Source: a bacterium (GTDB taxonomy: Bacteria > Krumholzibacteriota > Krumholzibacteriia > LZORAL124-64-63). Taken from it: a stretch of 64,000 nt of DNA. Under the pieces are notes generated by a model. The model saw only the letters and a program-made list of their open reading frames with translations. It made no database searches and was not told the DNA's origin. The stretch's first letter is position 1. Every line of letters starts with the position of its first letter. This document shows, piece by piece, positions 1-9,732 of this stretch. The stretch lies in the NCBI GenBank assembly GCA_031441465.1, contig JANOEP010000047.1, positions 1-64,000 of the forward strand, read 5' to 3'. The position numbers were made by a program, and so were the translations under genes.

Positions 1-117
1 CCGGGCGTGGGGTGGGTTCGTGCGTCGCCCTGGGGTTCGCGGCGGGGCTGGAGGCCCCCGCCGAGTCGGCCGGGTCGCCCTATGTCTTCTTTCCCCGGGG
101 CGGGCCGGGGCGGCCCG

Positions 118-141
118 CCCCCCCCCCCCCCCCCCCCCCCC
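118..141. repeat. Poly-C homopolymer (24 C), probable sequencing or assembly artefact
   Basis: Uninterrupted C run near the window start, preceded by low-complexity G-rich sequence. Confidence 0.8.
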
Positions 142-169
142 GCCGCGCAACCACGGAGGACGACCTGAC

Positions 170-2836
170 GTGAGCCGTACCGCCTGGGCGACATCGATCC
201 GTCTGACGTTCGCGGTCCTGCTGCTGTTGGCGACGCCGGCCATGGTCATGGGCGGCACCACCGGCCGTATCGCCGGCCGCATCCTCGACGGCGACGGCAA
301 GCCCGTGGTGGCCGCCACCATCGTGGTGGTCGGCACGCGGCTCGGCGCCTACACCGACGCCGAGGGCCAGTTCAGCATCCTCAACGTGGCGCCGGGCGCC
401 TACGACCTGAAGATCTCGCGCCTCGGCTTCGACCCGCTGACGATCCGCAACGTGACCGTCTCCTCGGACAACACGACCCGCCAGGACGTCAAGCTGGGCG
501 AGACGACGCTCCGCGCGGCCGAAGTCGTGATCGTCGCCGAGCGTCCGCCCGTGGAACTCGCCATGACGAGTTCCCAGACCACGCTGACCAGCGCGGACAT
601 CGAGGCCCTGCCGGTGCAGGAGCTGAACGACGTCGTGAACCTGCAGGCGGGCGTGGTCGACGGCCACTTCCGCGGCGGCCGCACCGGCGAGGTCCAGTAC
701 CAGGTCGACGGCGTCAGCGTCAACAACGCCTTCGACAACAAGTCCATCGTCTCGGTCGACCGCTCGCTCCTGCAGGAAGTGCAGGTCATCAGCGGCACGT
801 TCGACGCCGAGTACGGCCAGGCCATGAGCGGCGTCGTGAACGCGGTGCTCAAGCAGGGAACCGAAGAATTCGTCTGGAACGGCGAGGCCTACACCGGCGG
901 CTTCGTCTTCCCCGGCCGCGGCGCCGACCGCCGCGCCGACGAGACGATCCATCCCACGGGCATCCTGAACTTCCAGGCGTCGGCCAGCGGGCCGACCCCG
1001 CTGCGCGACACGGTGTTCCTGGCCAGCGCCCGCCGCTCGATCTTCAACGACTACATCTACGCCACGCGGCGCTTCCTGCCCACCGACGACAACGACTTCG
1101 CGCGGGTGGAGTTCAACCCCACCGGCGACAACGCGTCGGTCCCGCTGGGCTACAACCGGGAGTGGAGCGGCGTCGTCAAGCTGACCAACACCGCCTTCGC
1201 GGGCCTGAAGCTCAACTACCAGGCCCTGGTCGGCTGGAACGAGAGCCGCCGCACCAGCTGGGCCTTCCGCTTCAACCCCGACGGGCTCTCGAAGCAGGAC
1301 CGCTTCTCCATCACCCACGGCCTGGACCTCACCCGCACCTTCGGCGACGCCACGTACCTCGACCTGAGCATCCGCGAGAACTTCGTCGAGTACGAGGACT
1401 TCGCCTTCGTGGACGTCTACGACACGCGCTACGACGCAGGGGGCGGCGCCGAGGGCACCGTCAACTACGAGTACGGCGCCGTGGTGGAGGGCTACGACTT
1501 CACGCGCTTCTACCAGAAGACCGACGACTGGGTGATCAAGAGCTCGCTGGTCAGCCAGGTCTCGCAGGAGCACCAGCTCAAGGCGGGCTTCGAGGTCAGC
1601 GCGCCGATGGTCCAGTACGGCACTCCCGGCCACCTGGTCTTCACCAGCGAGAGCGTCGACGGCGAGGTCGTCGAGCAGCTGACCCGCTACCTCAACCGGC
1701 CGCCGACCTTCCTGCCCGTGCAGACCTACAATCCGCGGATGGGGGCCGTCTTCCTGCAGGATCAGGCCGAGTACCCCGACCTCAAGGTGCGCGTGGGCCT
1801 GCGCCTGGAGTACTTCGACGCGAACTCGACCATCCCCAGCGACCTCGCCAACCCGGCGAACGCGATCGAGGGCGCCCCGCTATCGCACCCGCAGGACACG
1901 ACCGTCAAGATGGCCGTCTCCCCGCGCATCGGCGTCGCCTACCCCATCGAGGACTACGCGGCCATCCACTTCGCGTACGGCCACTTCCGGCAGTTCCCGG
2001 CCATCGGCACCATGTTCAACAACGCGAACTACGACGTCGTGGCCAACCTGCAGGCGGGCGACGAGTCCCGCATCGGCGTGCTCGGCAACCCCGACGTGCG
2101 GCCCGAAACGACCGTCCAGTACGAGATCGGCTACAAGCACGCCGTCAACCAGGACTTCGGCTTCACGGTGACGACCTTCTACAAGGACGTCCGCGACCTG
2201 CTGGGCGTGGAGTTCGTCGACACCTACATGGGCGTGCCCTACGCCCGGCTGACCAACGTCGACTTCGGCAACGTCTTCGGCGTGACCGTCAGCCTCGACC
2301 ATCGCCGCCTCGGCCCGGCCAGCGTCTCGCTCGACTACACCTGGCAGCGGGCGATGGGCAACTCCAGCGACCCCTACGAGACCTTCACGCGGGCGACCAA
2401 CGGCGAGGACGCCAACCCGCGCCTGGTGCCCTTCAACTGGGACCAGCGCCACACGCTGAACCTGACGGCCTCGCTGGCCGCGGCCGAGGGGTTCGACGTG
2501 AGCGCCGTCGTGCGCCTGGTCAGCGGGCAGCCCTACACGCCGGTGATCGAGCGCGGGCACGGCAACGGGCTGGACACCAACTCCGCCACCAAACCGGCCG
2601 GCATGCTCGTGGACCTGCGCGCCGAGAAGCGGCTGGGCGAAGGGGCCAGCGCCTTCCTGCGCGTCTTCAACGCGTTCGACAGCCGGTACTTCAACGGTTC
2701 GATCTTCGCCGATACCGGCAGCCCCTACTACTCGCGCTTCTCCGACCTGGACCGCGCCATCCTCTCGGACCCGACCCGGTTCTACCCGCCGCGGCGCATC
2801 GAGATCGGCGTCAGGATCACCGGAGGTCTGCTGTGA
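170..2836 (+). CDS. TonB-dependent receptor with N-terminal carboxypeptidase-regulatory-like domain
   Basis: GGAGGA upstream of GTG170; signal peptide; GTTGRIAG..D..G.F.I.N domain; plug motifs HFRGGRxGEVQYQVDG and SGTFDAEYGQAMSGVVN; GNPDVRPETTVQYEIG; C-terminal PRRIEIG barrel strand. Confidence 0.92.
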   Translation: MSRTAWATSIRLTFAVLLLLATPAMVMGGTTGRIAGRILDGDGKPVVAATIVVVGTRLGAYTDAEGQFSILNVAPGAYDLKISRLGFDPLTIRNVTVSSDNTTRQDVKLGETTLRAAEVVIVAERPPVELAMTSSQTTLTSADIEALPVQELNDVVNLQAGVVDGHFRGGRTGEVQYQVDGVSVNNAFDNKSIVSVDRSLLQEVQVISGTFDAEYGQAMSGVVNAVLKQGTEEFVWNGEAYTGGFVFPGRGADRRADETIHPTGILNFQASASGPTPLRDTVFLASARRSIFNDYIYATRRFLPTDDNDFARVEFNPTGDNASVPLGYNREWSGVVKLTNTAFAGLKLNYQALVGWNESRRTSWAFRFNPDGLSKQDRFSITHGLDLTRTFGDATYLDLSIRENFVEYEDFAFVDVYDTRYDAGGGAEGTVNYEYGAVVEGYDFTRFYQKTDDWVIKSSLVSQVSQEHQLKAGFEVSAPMVQYGTPGHLVFTSESVDGEVVEQLTRYLNRPPTFLPVQTYNPRMGAVFLQDQAEYPDLKVRVGLRLEYFDANSTIPSDLANPANAIEGAPLSHPQDTTVKMAVSPRIGVAYPIEDYAAIHFAYGHFRQFPAIGTMFNNANYDVVANLQAGDESRIGVLGNPDVRPETTVQYEIGYKHAVNQDFGFTVTTFYKDVRDLLGVEFVDTYMGVPYARLTNVDFGNVFGVTVSLDHRRLGPASVSLDYTWQRAMGNSSDPYETFTRATNGEDANPRLVPFNWDQRHTLNLTASLAAAEGFDVSAVVRLVSGQPYTPVIERGHGNGLDTNSATKPAGMLVDLRAEKRLGEGASAFLRVFNAFDSRYFNGSIFADTGSPYYSRFSDLDRAILSDPTRFYPPRRIEIGVRITGGLL

Positions 2837-5800
2837 TGGGCGAACGGAGGCTCCGCAGGATGTTCAGACCAGAGTACGCGCCGCGCGCGCGGTCGGCCGC
2901 GAGTCGCGTCGCCGCGGCCCTGGCGGCCCTGATGACCCTGGCGCTCGCCCCGACGGCGTCCGCCGACGTGCCCACGCCCGTGCCGCCCGAGCAGCGGGGC
3001 CGGCACACGCTGGAGCGCTCGGGCCAGCACGACGCCAACAACATCCGCACCATCTTCTGGAACTACGGCATGGTGGGCGACTACCCGGCGAACCCGTCCA
3101 ACGTCGACCTGAGCGTGTTCCATTCGGCCGAGGTGCCCCGGGGCAGCGGCATGAACTACAGCGACGGCATCACGCCGTTCGTGCTGGCGAAGATCGTCCA
3201 GGGCAACGGCGTCGAGTCGTACATCATGGAGACCGGCTTCCGCGAGCGGCAGGGCATCAGCCCCTACACCAACCGCATGATGCGCTTCGAGCCGCGCCCG
3301 GGCTACCTGCAGGCGGACCCCGCGCTCAACTCCGGGCTCTCGCCGGCCATCAGCAACGATCCGCGCACCTGGCCCGACTCCTGGCCCGACCGCCTCGACG
3401 ACCCGACCGACCCGGGCTGGCCCGGCAGCTGGAACGGTTACTTCGGCAAGCAGGTCGTCGCCGACCAGGAGAGCTACGTGGTCCTGGACGACGACTACTA
3501 CGACGCCTGGTACTTCTTCCCCGACGTGCGCGACTCCACGCGCAACGGGCTGGGCCTGCGCCTCGAGGTCCGCGGCTTCCAGTGGGCAAACCCCCAGGCC
3601 CGCAACGTGATCTTCTGGCACTACGACATCACGAACGAGGGCACCACCGACTACGACGACAACGTCGTGTTCGGCCTCTACATGGACTCCGGCGTGGGCG
3701 GTTCGGCCCTCTCCTGCGACGGCATCTACGAGTCCGACGACGACAACGCCTACTTCGACCGCACGTTCGACGACCAGATCCTCAACCTCGTCTACACCTG
3801 GGACCGCTACGGCCACGGCCGCGACCTGAGCAGCGCCTGCGCCCGCACCGGCTACCTGGGCTACGCCTTCATGGAGACCCCGGGCAACGCCCTGGACGTG
3901 ATCGACAACGACACGGACGGCTTCGTCGACGAGCGGCGCGAGGGCGGTCCCGGCACGCTGATCACGGGCCAGCAGGCCATCGCCGACCACGTCGCGGCCA
4001 ACTACGACCTGGCCCGCTTCGAGATCACCTACGGCCCGCTCGTGGAGATGCCCGCCTACGTCGAGGGCCTGTGGTGGACCGGCGACGAGGACCTGGACTG
4101 GGTCGCCGCCAACCACGACGTCGGCGCCGACGGCCTCGACGACACCGGCGACGAGGGCGAGCGCGACGGCATCCCGACCGAGGGCGAGCCCAACTTCGAC
4201 GGCACCGACCTCAACGAGTCCGACCAGATCGGCCTGACCGGCTTCCGGATCAACCGCATCCGCGCCGGGCAGGGCAACCCCGACCAGACGACCGACGGCA
4301 TCGTCTTCTTCACCAACAGCGACGACTGGCCGCGGCGCCTGTACGAGCAGTTCACCGATCCCGACCCGGAGGTGCGCTTCGGCGAGCCGCTGGCCTCCAA
4401 CTACAACATCGGCTTCTTCTTCGCTTCGGGTCCCTTCAAGCTGCGCGCCGGCCAGACCGAGCGCTTCAGCCTGGCCCTGGCCTACGGCGCCGACCTGGAG
4501 GAGCTGCGCCGCGGCGTCCGCACCGTGCAGCGCATCTACGACGCCAACTACCGCTTCGCCGTGCCGCCGCCGCTGCCGACCATGACCGCGGAGGCCGGCG
4601 ACGGCTTCGTGCGGCTGTCCTGGGACGACGTCGCCGAGCGCGGCGCCGACCCCGTGACCGGCGAGTTCGACTTCGAGGGCTACCGCATCTACCGCTCCAC
4701 CGACCCGGACTTCGTCGATCCCCAGGTGATCACCACCGGCACCGGCAGCGGCCCCCTGGGCAACGGCCGCCCCATCGCCCAGTTCGACCTCGACAACGGC
4801 CGCAGCGGCTTCTCGACCCAGATCGTGGACGGCGTCGCCTACTACCTCGGCACCGACAACGGCCTCACCCACAACTGGACCGACTACAGCGTGACCAACG
4901 GCCAGCGCTACTTCTACGCGGTCACGGCCTACGACTACGGTTCCGAGTCCTTTGAATTCTACCCCTCCGAGAACGCCATCGCACCCTCGCGGACCCCGCG
5001 GGGAGGGCTCGTGTTGCCGCCCAACGTGGTGGACGTGCGGCCCAATCCACGCGCACTGGGGTACGTGCCCGCGATAGCGGACACGGCCACTCAAGTGGCC
5101 GGGCGCGGCTTCGGCTCCATCTCCGTCGCGGTCCTGAATTCCGACATCGTTCCCGACGGTCACCTGTTCAAGGTCGTGTTCGCGTCCCCGTCGCCGGACA
5201 GCCTGCGCGCCACGTCCTACGCGCTGGTCGACAGCACCAGCGGCCAGGTCCTGTTCGACTCCGGCACGGACTTCGACGGCCTGGGCATCGGCCAGGTCGG
5301 CGCCGGCCTGATGCCGCTGGTCGTCTCGCAGCGGATCGTCAAACCCGACACCCTGGTCACGGGCTTCTCCGACGGGAGCGGCACCGACGCCCGGCTCGTC
5401 GTCCTCTACCAGGAAGTGCTGCCCGTCAACCGCCGGCGGCCGGGCTTCCCCGACGACATCGTGATCCGCTTCGCCGACGCGAACGCCGACACCTCCCTCG
5501 CGATGCCGTTCTGGCCGGCGCGGCCCGCCAAGTTCACCGTCGCGGCGCTGACCGAGGGCGGCGAGCTGCCCCTGAACTTCCGCTTCCGCGACCTCGACGG
5601 CAACGGCACGCTCAGCCACGCGAACGACATCATCGACGTGGTGACGTACCTGCCGAGCCAGCCGGGCGTGCCCTACGTGACCTGGCGCTTCCAGCTGGCG
5701 GCCGACGCCCCCGCCCCGGTCGCCCCCCCCGCGGCCGGCGACGAGTTCACGCTGCGCCTGACCCGCCCCTTCGCGGCCGACGACGTGTTCGTCTTCACGG

Positions 5801-6150
5801 CGACGGGCTCGCGCATCGACGAGGCGGCCGCCAGGACCGGCTTCGCCCCGTACGTCGTGCCCAACCCGTACATCGGCTCGGCGAGCTTCGAGCCGGAGCG
5901 CTACGCGGTCTCGGGCCGCGGCGAGCGCCGCCTCGAGTTCCGCGGCCTGACGTCCAGCTGCACGATCCGGATCTACAACGTCCGCGGCGAGCTGGTCGAC
6001 ACGCTGCGCAACGAGGATACGCTGGACGGCTACGCGGCGTGGGACCTGCGGACCAAGGACAACCTCGACGCCGCGCCGGGCCTGTACATCTACCACGTCC
6101 GCACCGACGACGCGCAGGAATACACGGGCAAGTTCGCGATCATCAAATGA
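2836..6150 (+). CDS. Large secreted hypothetical protein: Asp-rich Ca-binding-like motifs, FN3-like segment, T9SS-CTD-like C-terminus
   Basis: ATG overlaps the TBDR stop (TGATG); signal peptide ending ASA; DNDTDGFVDE; FEGYRIYRS..YAVTAYD; C-terminal VVPNPY..IRIYNVRGELV..WDL..GLYIYHV..GKFAIIK. Confidence 0.88.
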   Translation: MGERRLRRMFRPEYAPRARSAASRVAAALAALMTLALAPTASADVPTPVPPEQRGRHTLERSGQHDANNIRTIFWNYGMVGDYPANPSNVDLSVFHSAEVPRGSGMNYSDGITPFVLAKIVQGNGVESYIMETGFRERQGISPYTNRMMRFEPRPGYLQADPALNSGLSPAISNDPRTWPDSWPDRLDDPTDPGWPGSWNGYFGKQVVADQESYVVLDDDYYDAWYFFPDVRDSTRNGLGLRLEVRGFQWANPQARNVIFWHYDITNEGTTDYDDNVVFGLYMDSGVGGSALSCDGIYESDDDNAYFDRTFDDQILNLVYTWDRYGHGRDLSSACARTGYLGYAFMETPGNALDVIDNDTDGFVDERREGGPGTLITGQQAIADHVAANYDLARFEITYGPLVEMPAYVEGLWWTGDEDLDWVAANHDVGADGLDDTGDEGERDGIPTEGEPNFDGTDLNESDQIGLTGFRINRIRAGQGNPDQTTDGIVFFTNSDDWPRRLYEQFTDPDPEVRFGEPLASNYNIGFFFASGPFKLRAGQTERFSLALAYGADLEELRRGVRTVQRIYDANYRFAVPPPLPTMTAEAGDGFVRLSWDDVAERGADPVTGEFDFEGYRIYRSTDPDFVDPQVITTGTGSGPLGNGRPIAQFDLDNGRSGFSTQIVDGVAYYLGTDNGLTHNWTDYSVTNGQRYFYAVTAYDYGSESFEFYPSENAIAPSRTPRGGLVLPPNVVDVRPNPRALGYVPAIADTATQVAGRGFGSISVAVLNSDIVPDGHLFKVVFASPSPDSLRATSYALVDSTSGQVLFDSGTDFDGLGIGQVGAGLMPLVVSQRIVKPDTLVTGFSDGSGTDARLVVLYQEVLPVNRRRPGFPDDIVIRFADANADTSLAMPFWPARPAKFTVAALTEGGELPLNFRFRDLDGNGTLSHANDIIDVVTYLPSQPGVPYVTWRFQLAADAPAPVAPPAAGDEFTLRLTRPFAADDVFVFTATGSRIDEAAARTGFAPYVVPNPYIGSASFEPERYAVSGRGERRLEFRGLTSSCTIRIYNVRGELVDTLRNEDTLDGYAAWDLRTKDNLDAAPGLYIYHVRTDDAQEYTGKFAIIK

Positions 6151-6164
6151 GCGCGAGGAGAGAC

Positions 6165-7166
6165 ATGAAGCGAGCAGCGCTTGTACTGTTGACGATGCTC
6201 ATGAGCGGCCAGGCCATGGCCCAGTCGAAGGTCGGCACGACCATCGGCCAGTTCCTGCGCATCGAGCCCGGAGCCCGCCATGCCGGCATGGGCAACGCCG
6301 GCGTCGGCCTGGCCGGCGGCGTCGAGGCGGTCTACTTCAACACGGGCGCCATCGGCCTGCCGGAGTCGGCGGAGATCCAGTTCACGCACAGCCTCTGGTT
6401 CGCGGACATCAGCTACGACTACGCGGCGGCGCTGCTGCCGGTCGGCGGCGGCAACCTGTTCGCCAGCCTCACCTCGCTGAAGTCCGGCGACATCGACGTG
6501 CGCACCGTCGACGAGCCCCTCGGCACGGGCGAGAAGTTCAACGTGGGCAACGCCGCCCTCGGCCTGGGCTACGGCCGCCGGGTCACCAGCCGCTTCACCG
6601 CCGGCATCCAGCTGAACTACGTGAACGAGCGCATCTGGCACACGTCGACCAACGTGCTGACCTTCAACGCCGGCACCCACTACCGGCTGTCCGACAACGG
6701 GACCAGCCTCGGCTTCTGCCTGACGAACATCGGCACGCAGGGCCGCTACTCGGGCCGCGACCTCGCCATCCAGTACGACGAGGATCCCGACACCCACGGC
6801 GACAACAGCGCCCTGCCCGGCGAGCAGTCCACCGACCGCTTCCCGGTGCCGATCCAGTTCCGCCTCGGCGTCAGCGTCCCCTACTGCCTCGACGACGACA
6901 ACCAGCTGCTGTTCGTCTGCGACGCGCTGCACCCGAACGACAACTCCGAGAGCGTCAACCTGGGCGCGGAGTGGGCCTGGCGCGAGCTGTTCGCGCTGCG
7001 GCTGGGCTACCAGACCCTGTTCCAGGAGGATTCGGAGCAGGGGTTGACCGCCGGTTTCGGCGTCGGCGGCGACCTCGGCGCGAACCGCTACCAGTTCGAC
7101 TACGCGTGGGCGAGCCACGAGTACCTCGAGGCGACGCACCGGATGACGTTCCTGATCAAGTTCTAG
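6165..7166 (+). CDS. PorV/PorQ-family (FadL-like, UPF0164) outer-membrane beta-barrel
   Basis: GAGGAG RBS; signal peptide; QFLRIEPGARxAGMGNA, xYFNxG, GAEW..LRLGY, FDYA motifs; terminal Phe. Confidence 0.85.
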   Translation: MKRAALVLLTMLMSGQAMAQSKVGTTIGQFLRIEPGARHAGMGNAGVGLAGGVEAVYFNTGAIGLPESAEIQFTHSLWFADISYDYAAALLPVGGGNLFASLTSLKSGDIDVRTVDEPLGTGEKFNVGNAALGLGYGRRVTSRFTAGIQLNYVNERIWHTSTNVLTFNAGTHYRLSDNGTSLGFCLTNIGTQGRYSGRDLAIQYDEDPDTHGDNSALPGEQSTDRFPVPIQFRLGVSVPYCLDDDNQLLFVCDALHPNDNSESVNLGAEWAWRELFALRLGYQTLFQEDSEQGLTAGFGVGGDLGANRYQFDYAWASHEYLEATHRMTFLIKF

Positions 7167-7189
7167 TCCCGCAGCCCGGAGGAACCGAC

Positions 7190-8812
7190 ATGACGAGCCA
7201 CAGGCAGCACGAACTCGACCGGCGGCGGCCCCTGGCGGCGGCGCTCGTCGTCGCGCTGGCCGCGGCCGCGCTGCTCGCACCGGTTCCCGCCGCCCGGGCC
7301 CTGACCACGACGGCGCTGCTGGACACCCTGCAGCACACCGCCTTCGACTACTTCTGGGAGGAGGCCAGCACGGGCTCCGGCCTGATCAAGGACGGCAGCC
7401 AGGACTGGTCCGTGTGCAGCATCGCCGCGCAGGGCTTCGGGTACTCCGCCTACTGCATCGCCGTCGACCACGGCTGGGTCGCCCGCGACGTGGCGCGCGA
7501 GCGCATCATCCGCGGGCTGGAAAAGCTCTGGACGGTGCCCCAGGGCCCCGCCGCGACCAACGTCAACGGCTACAAGGGCTTGTTCTACCACTTCCTGGAC
7601 CTGAACACGGGCGTTCGCACCTGGGACTGCGAGCTGTCGACGATCGACACGGCGCTGCTGATCGCCGGCATCCTCGACGCCAAGGAGTATTTCGACGGGC
7701 CGGACGACCGCGAAACCCACCTGCGCGCCCTCTCCGACTCCATCTACTACCGCGTGGACTGGGATTTCATGCGCAACGGCGGCAACGGCATCCGCATGGG
7801 GTGGAAGCCCGTGACGGGCTTCGCCGGCTTCGGCAACTGGACCGGCTACAACGAGGCCATGATCCTCTACCTCCTGGCCATCGGCTCACCCACCCACCCG
7901 GTGCCCGCCTGGACGTGGTATAATTGGACGCTCGGCTACTGGTGGGGCACCCAGTACGGGCAGACGTACGTGATCTTCCCGCCGCTCTTCGGGCACCAAT
8001 ACAGCCACTGCTGGATCGACTTCCGTCACATCCAGGATGCGTACATGCGGAACAAGGGCATCACCTACCACGAGAACTCCCGCCGGGCGACGCTCGCCGC
8101 GCGCGAGTACTGCATCGCCAACCCGGGTGGCTGGGTCGGCTATGCGGGGGATGTCTGGGGCCTGACCGCCTCGATCGACCCCGACGGCTACGTGGCCCAC
8201 GGCGCCCCCCCCGGCCAGAGCGACAACGGCACCATCTCCCCGACGGCCGCCGGCGGCTCGATCGCCTTCGCGCCGGAGATCGTCATCCCGACGCTGCACA
8301 AGTTCTGGGATTCCTACCGCCTCGCGCTGTGGGGCGAGTACGGCTTCAAGGACGCGTTCAACCTGTCGCGCTTCTGGTGGGCCTCGGACTACCTGGGCAT
8401 CGATCAGGGTCCCATCATCATGATGATCGAGAACTACCGCACCGGGTCGGTCTGGGCGCGCTTCGGCGGCAACCCGGACGTCTGCCGCGGCCTGGAGCTG
8501 GCGGGCTTCACGGCGGCGACGGCCGTCGCGGTCGGGGACGGGGCGGCGACCGGTCTCGAACTCGGTCAGAGTTCGCCGAACCCCTGCCAGGGCACCACGA
8601 CCGTCGCCTACAGCCTGGCGCAGCCGGGCCGCGTCGCGCTCAGCGTGTACGACGCCCGCGGCAGGCTGGTCCGCAATTACATCGACGAATCGCAGGACAA
8701 AGGGGGGCACCAGGTCACCCTCGACTTCGAGGGTCTGCCCAGCGGTGCCTATTTCTACTCCCTGGAGTCCGACCGGGAGAAGGTCTGGAAACGCTGCATC
8801 CTGGTGCGCTGA
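7190..8812 (+). CDS. Glycoamylase-family (GH144-like, putative beta-1,2-glucanase) glycoside hydrolase with T9SS type-A-like CTD
   Basis: GLFYHFLD, ELSTIDTALL, GYNEAM, PLFGHQYSH, WGLTAS, GF.DAFN, LGIDQGPI..MIENYR; C-terminal PNP..GAYFYSL..KRCILVR. Confidence 0.85.
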   Translation: MTSHRQHELDRRRPLAAALVVALAAAALLAPVPAARALTTTALLDTLQHTAFDYFWEEASTGSGLIKDGSQDWSVCSIAAQGFGYSAYCIAVDHGWVARDVARERIIRGLEKLWTVPQGPAATNVNGYKGLFYHFLDLNTGVRTWDCELSTIDTALLIAGILDAKEYFDGPDDRETHLRALSDSIYYRVDWDFMRNGGNGIRMGWKPVTGFAGFGNWTGYNEAMILYLLAIGSPTHPVPAWTWYNWTLGYWWGTQYGQTYVIFPPLFGHQYSHCWIDFRHIQDAYMRNKGITYHENSRRATLAAREYCIANPGGWVGYAGDVWGLTASIDPDGYVAHGAPPGQSDNGTISPTAAGGSIAFAPEIVIPTLHKFWDSYRLALWGEYGFKDAFNLSRFWWASDYLGIDQGPIIMMIENYRTGSVWARFGGNPDVCRGLELAGFTAATAVAVGDGAATGLELGQSSPNPCQGTTTVAYSLAQPGRVALSVYDARGRLVRNYIDESQDKGGHQVTLDFEGLPSGAYFYSLESDREKVWKRCILVR

Positions 8813-8919
8813 GAGGGAAGCCACGCACGGGAAGCGAGAAGAGAGGAGGCGAAACGGCAAGAAACGGAATGAAATTGAGAGCAGTCACGATCGAACGATC
8901 TACAACAGGGAGACTCAAC

Positions 8920-9705
8920 ATGAAGACGACTCAGAAACTGATGCTGCTGGCGCTGCTGCTGGTCACCGCGTCGGTGGCCCTGGCCACCACCGTCCCCAAC
9001 GGCGCCGTGATCACCGAGCGTATCTGGAACGACTGCCCCCTGGGCGTCATCACCAGCACCAACAACTACGGCACGCTGGTTTCCATCCACGAGCAGAAGC
9101 AGATGTGTGGGGCCGGCTGGGGCAGCCGCCACAACTGGCGCTTCGCCGACGGCGGCGTCGCTCAGAACTTCGCCAACGGCGACGGGTTCAGCTATAGCTG
9201 CGACCTGACCATCAGCGGCACCGGCGAGGCCGAGGCCACGCTGGCCATCGCTCCTTGGTGGTCCCAGGCCGTGGGCGGAGCCTTCAACTTCCGCACCAAC
9301 GACGGCGAGATCGCCTGCTTCGGCGGCCGGCTGCCCTTCTACTCCTTCACCGCTTCGCAGGGCCTGCACTACGTGAAGGGCGAGACCGTGCACGCCGAAG
9401 TCGTGTACCTGCCCAACAGCCTGAACGCGCAGGCTCCGGCCACGATCGAGTACAAGGTCACCATCGGCGCTACGCCGTACTCCAGCGGCCCGCTGGCCTT
9501 CGACATGGGCAACCCCGCCGAGACTTACGGGACGTGGGGGATGCTCGACAACGCCCAGGTCGGCGGCGACTTCCTGCAGTTCCTGCAGCAGGGCGATCTG
9601 AACGGCTTCGTCCAGGTCGACTGGGCGAACATCATGTTCCAGGACCTGGGCACCGTCGCCAACGAGGACATGACCTGGGGTAGCGTGAAGACGCTGTACC
9701 GGTGA
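8920..9705 (+). CDS. Secreted hypothetical protein (beta-rich) with C-terminal TWGSVKTLYR tail
   Basis: GGGAG RBS; signal peptide MKTTQKLMLLALLLVTASVALA; host-like codon usage. Confidence 0.85.
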   Translation: MKTTQKLMLLALLLVTASVALATTVPNGAVITERIWNDCPLGVITSTNNYGTLVSIHEQKQMCGAGWGSRHNWRFADGGVAQNFANGDGFSYSCDLTISGTGEAEATLAIAPWWSQAVGGAFNFRTNDGEIACFGGRLPFYSFTASQGLHYVKGETVHAEVVYLPNSLNAQAPATIEYKVTIGATPYSSGPLAFDMGNPAETYGTWGMLDNAQVGGDFLQFLQQGDLNGFVQVDWANIMFQDLGTVANEDMTWGSVKTLYR

Positions 9706-9732
9706 TCCGCTGAACTGGATTTCCATGCTTCA

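Noticed and set aside
20..169. N-terminal poly-Pro extension of the TBDR ORF
   Set aside because: Produced by the poly-C run; RBS and signal peptide support GTG170
1162..2835. First 558 codons of the 1662-aa ORF
   Set aside because: Arg/Pro-rich off-frame overlap of the TBDR; the real start is at or near ATG2836
2782..6096. Long antisense ORFs (also 15741-17795, 28066-30258, 54910-57666, 59294-62299)
   Set aside because: Shadow ORFs expected opposite high-GC3 genes; no motifs
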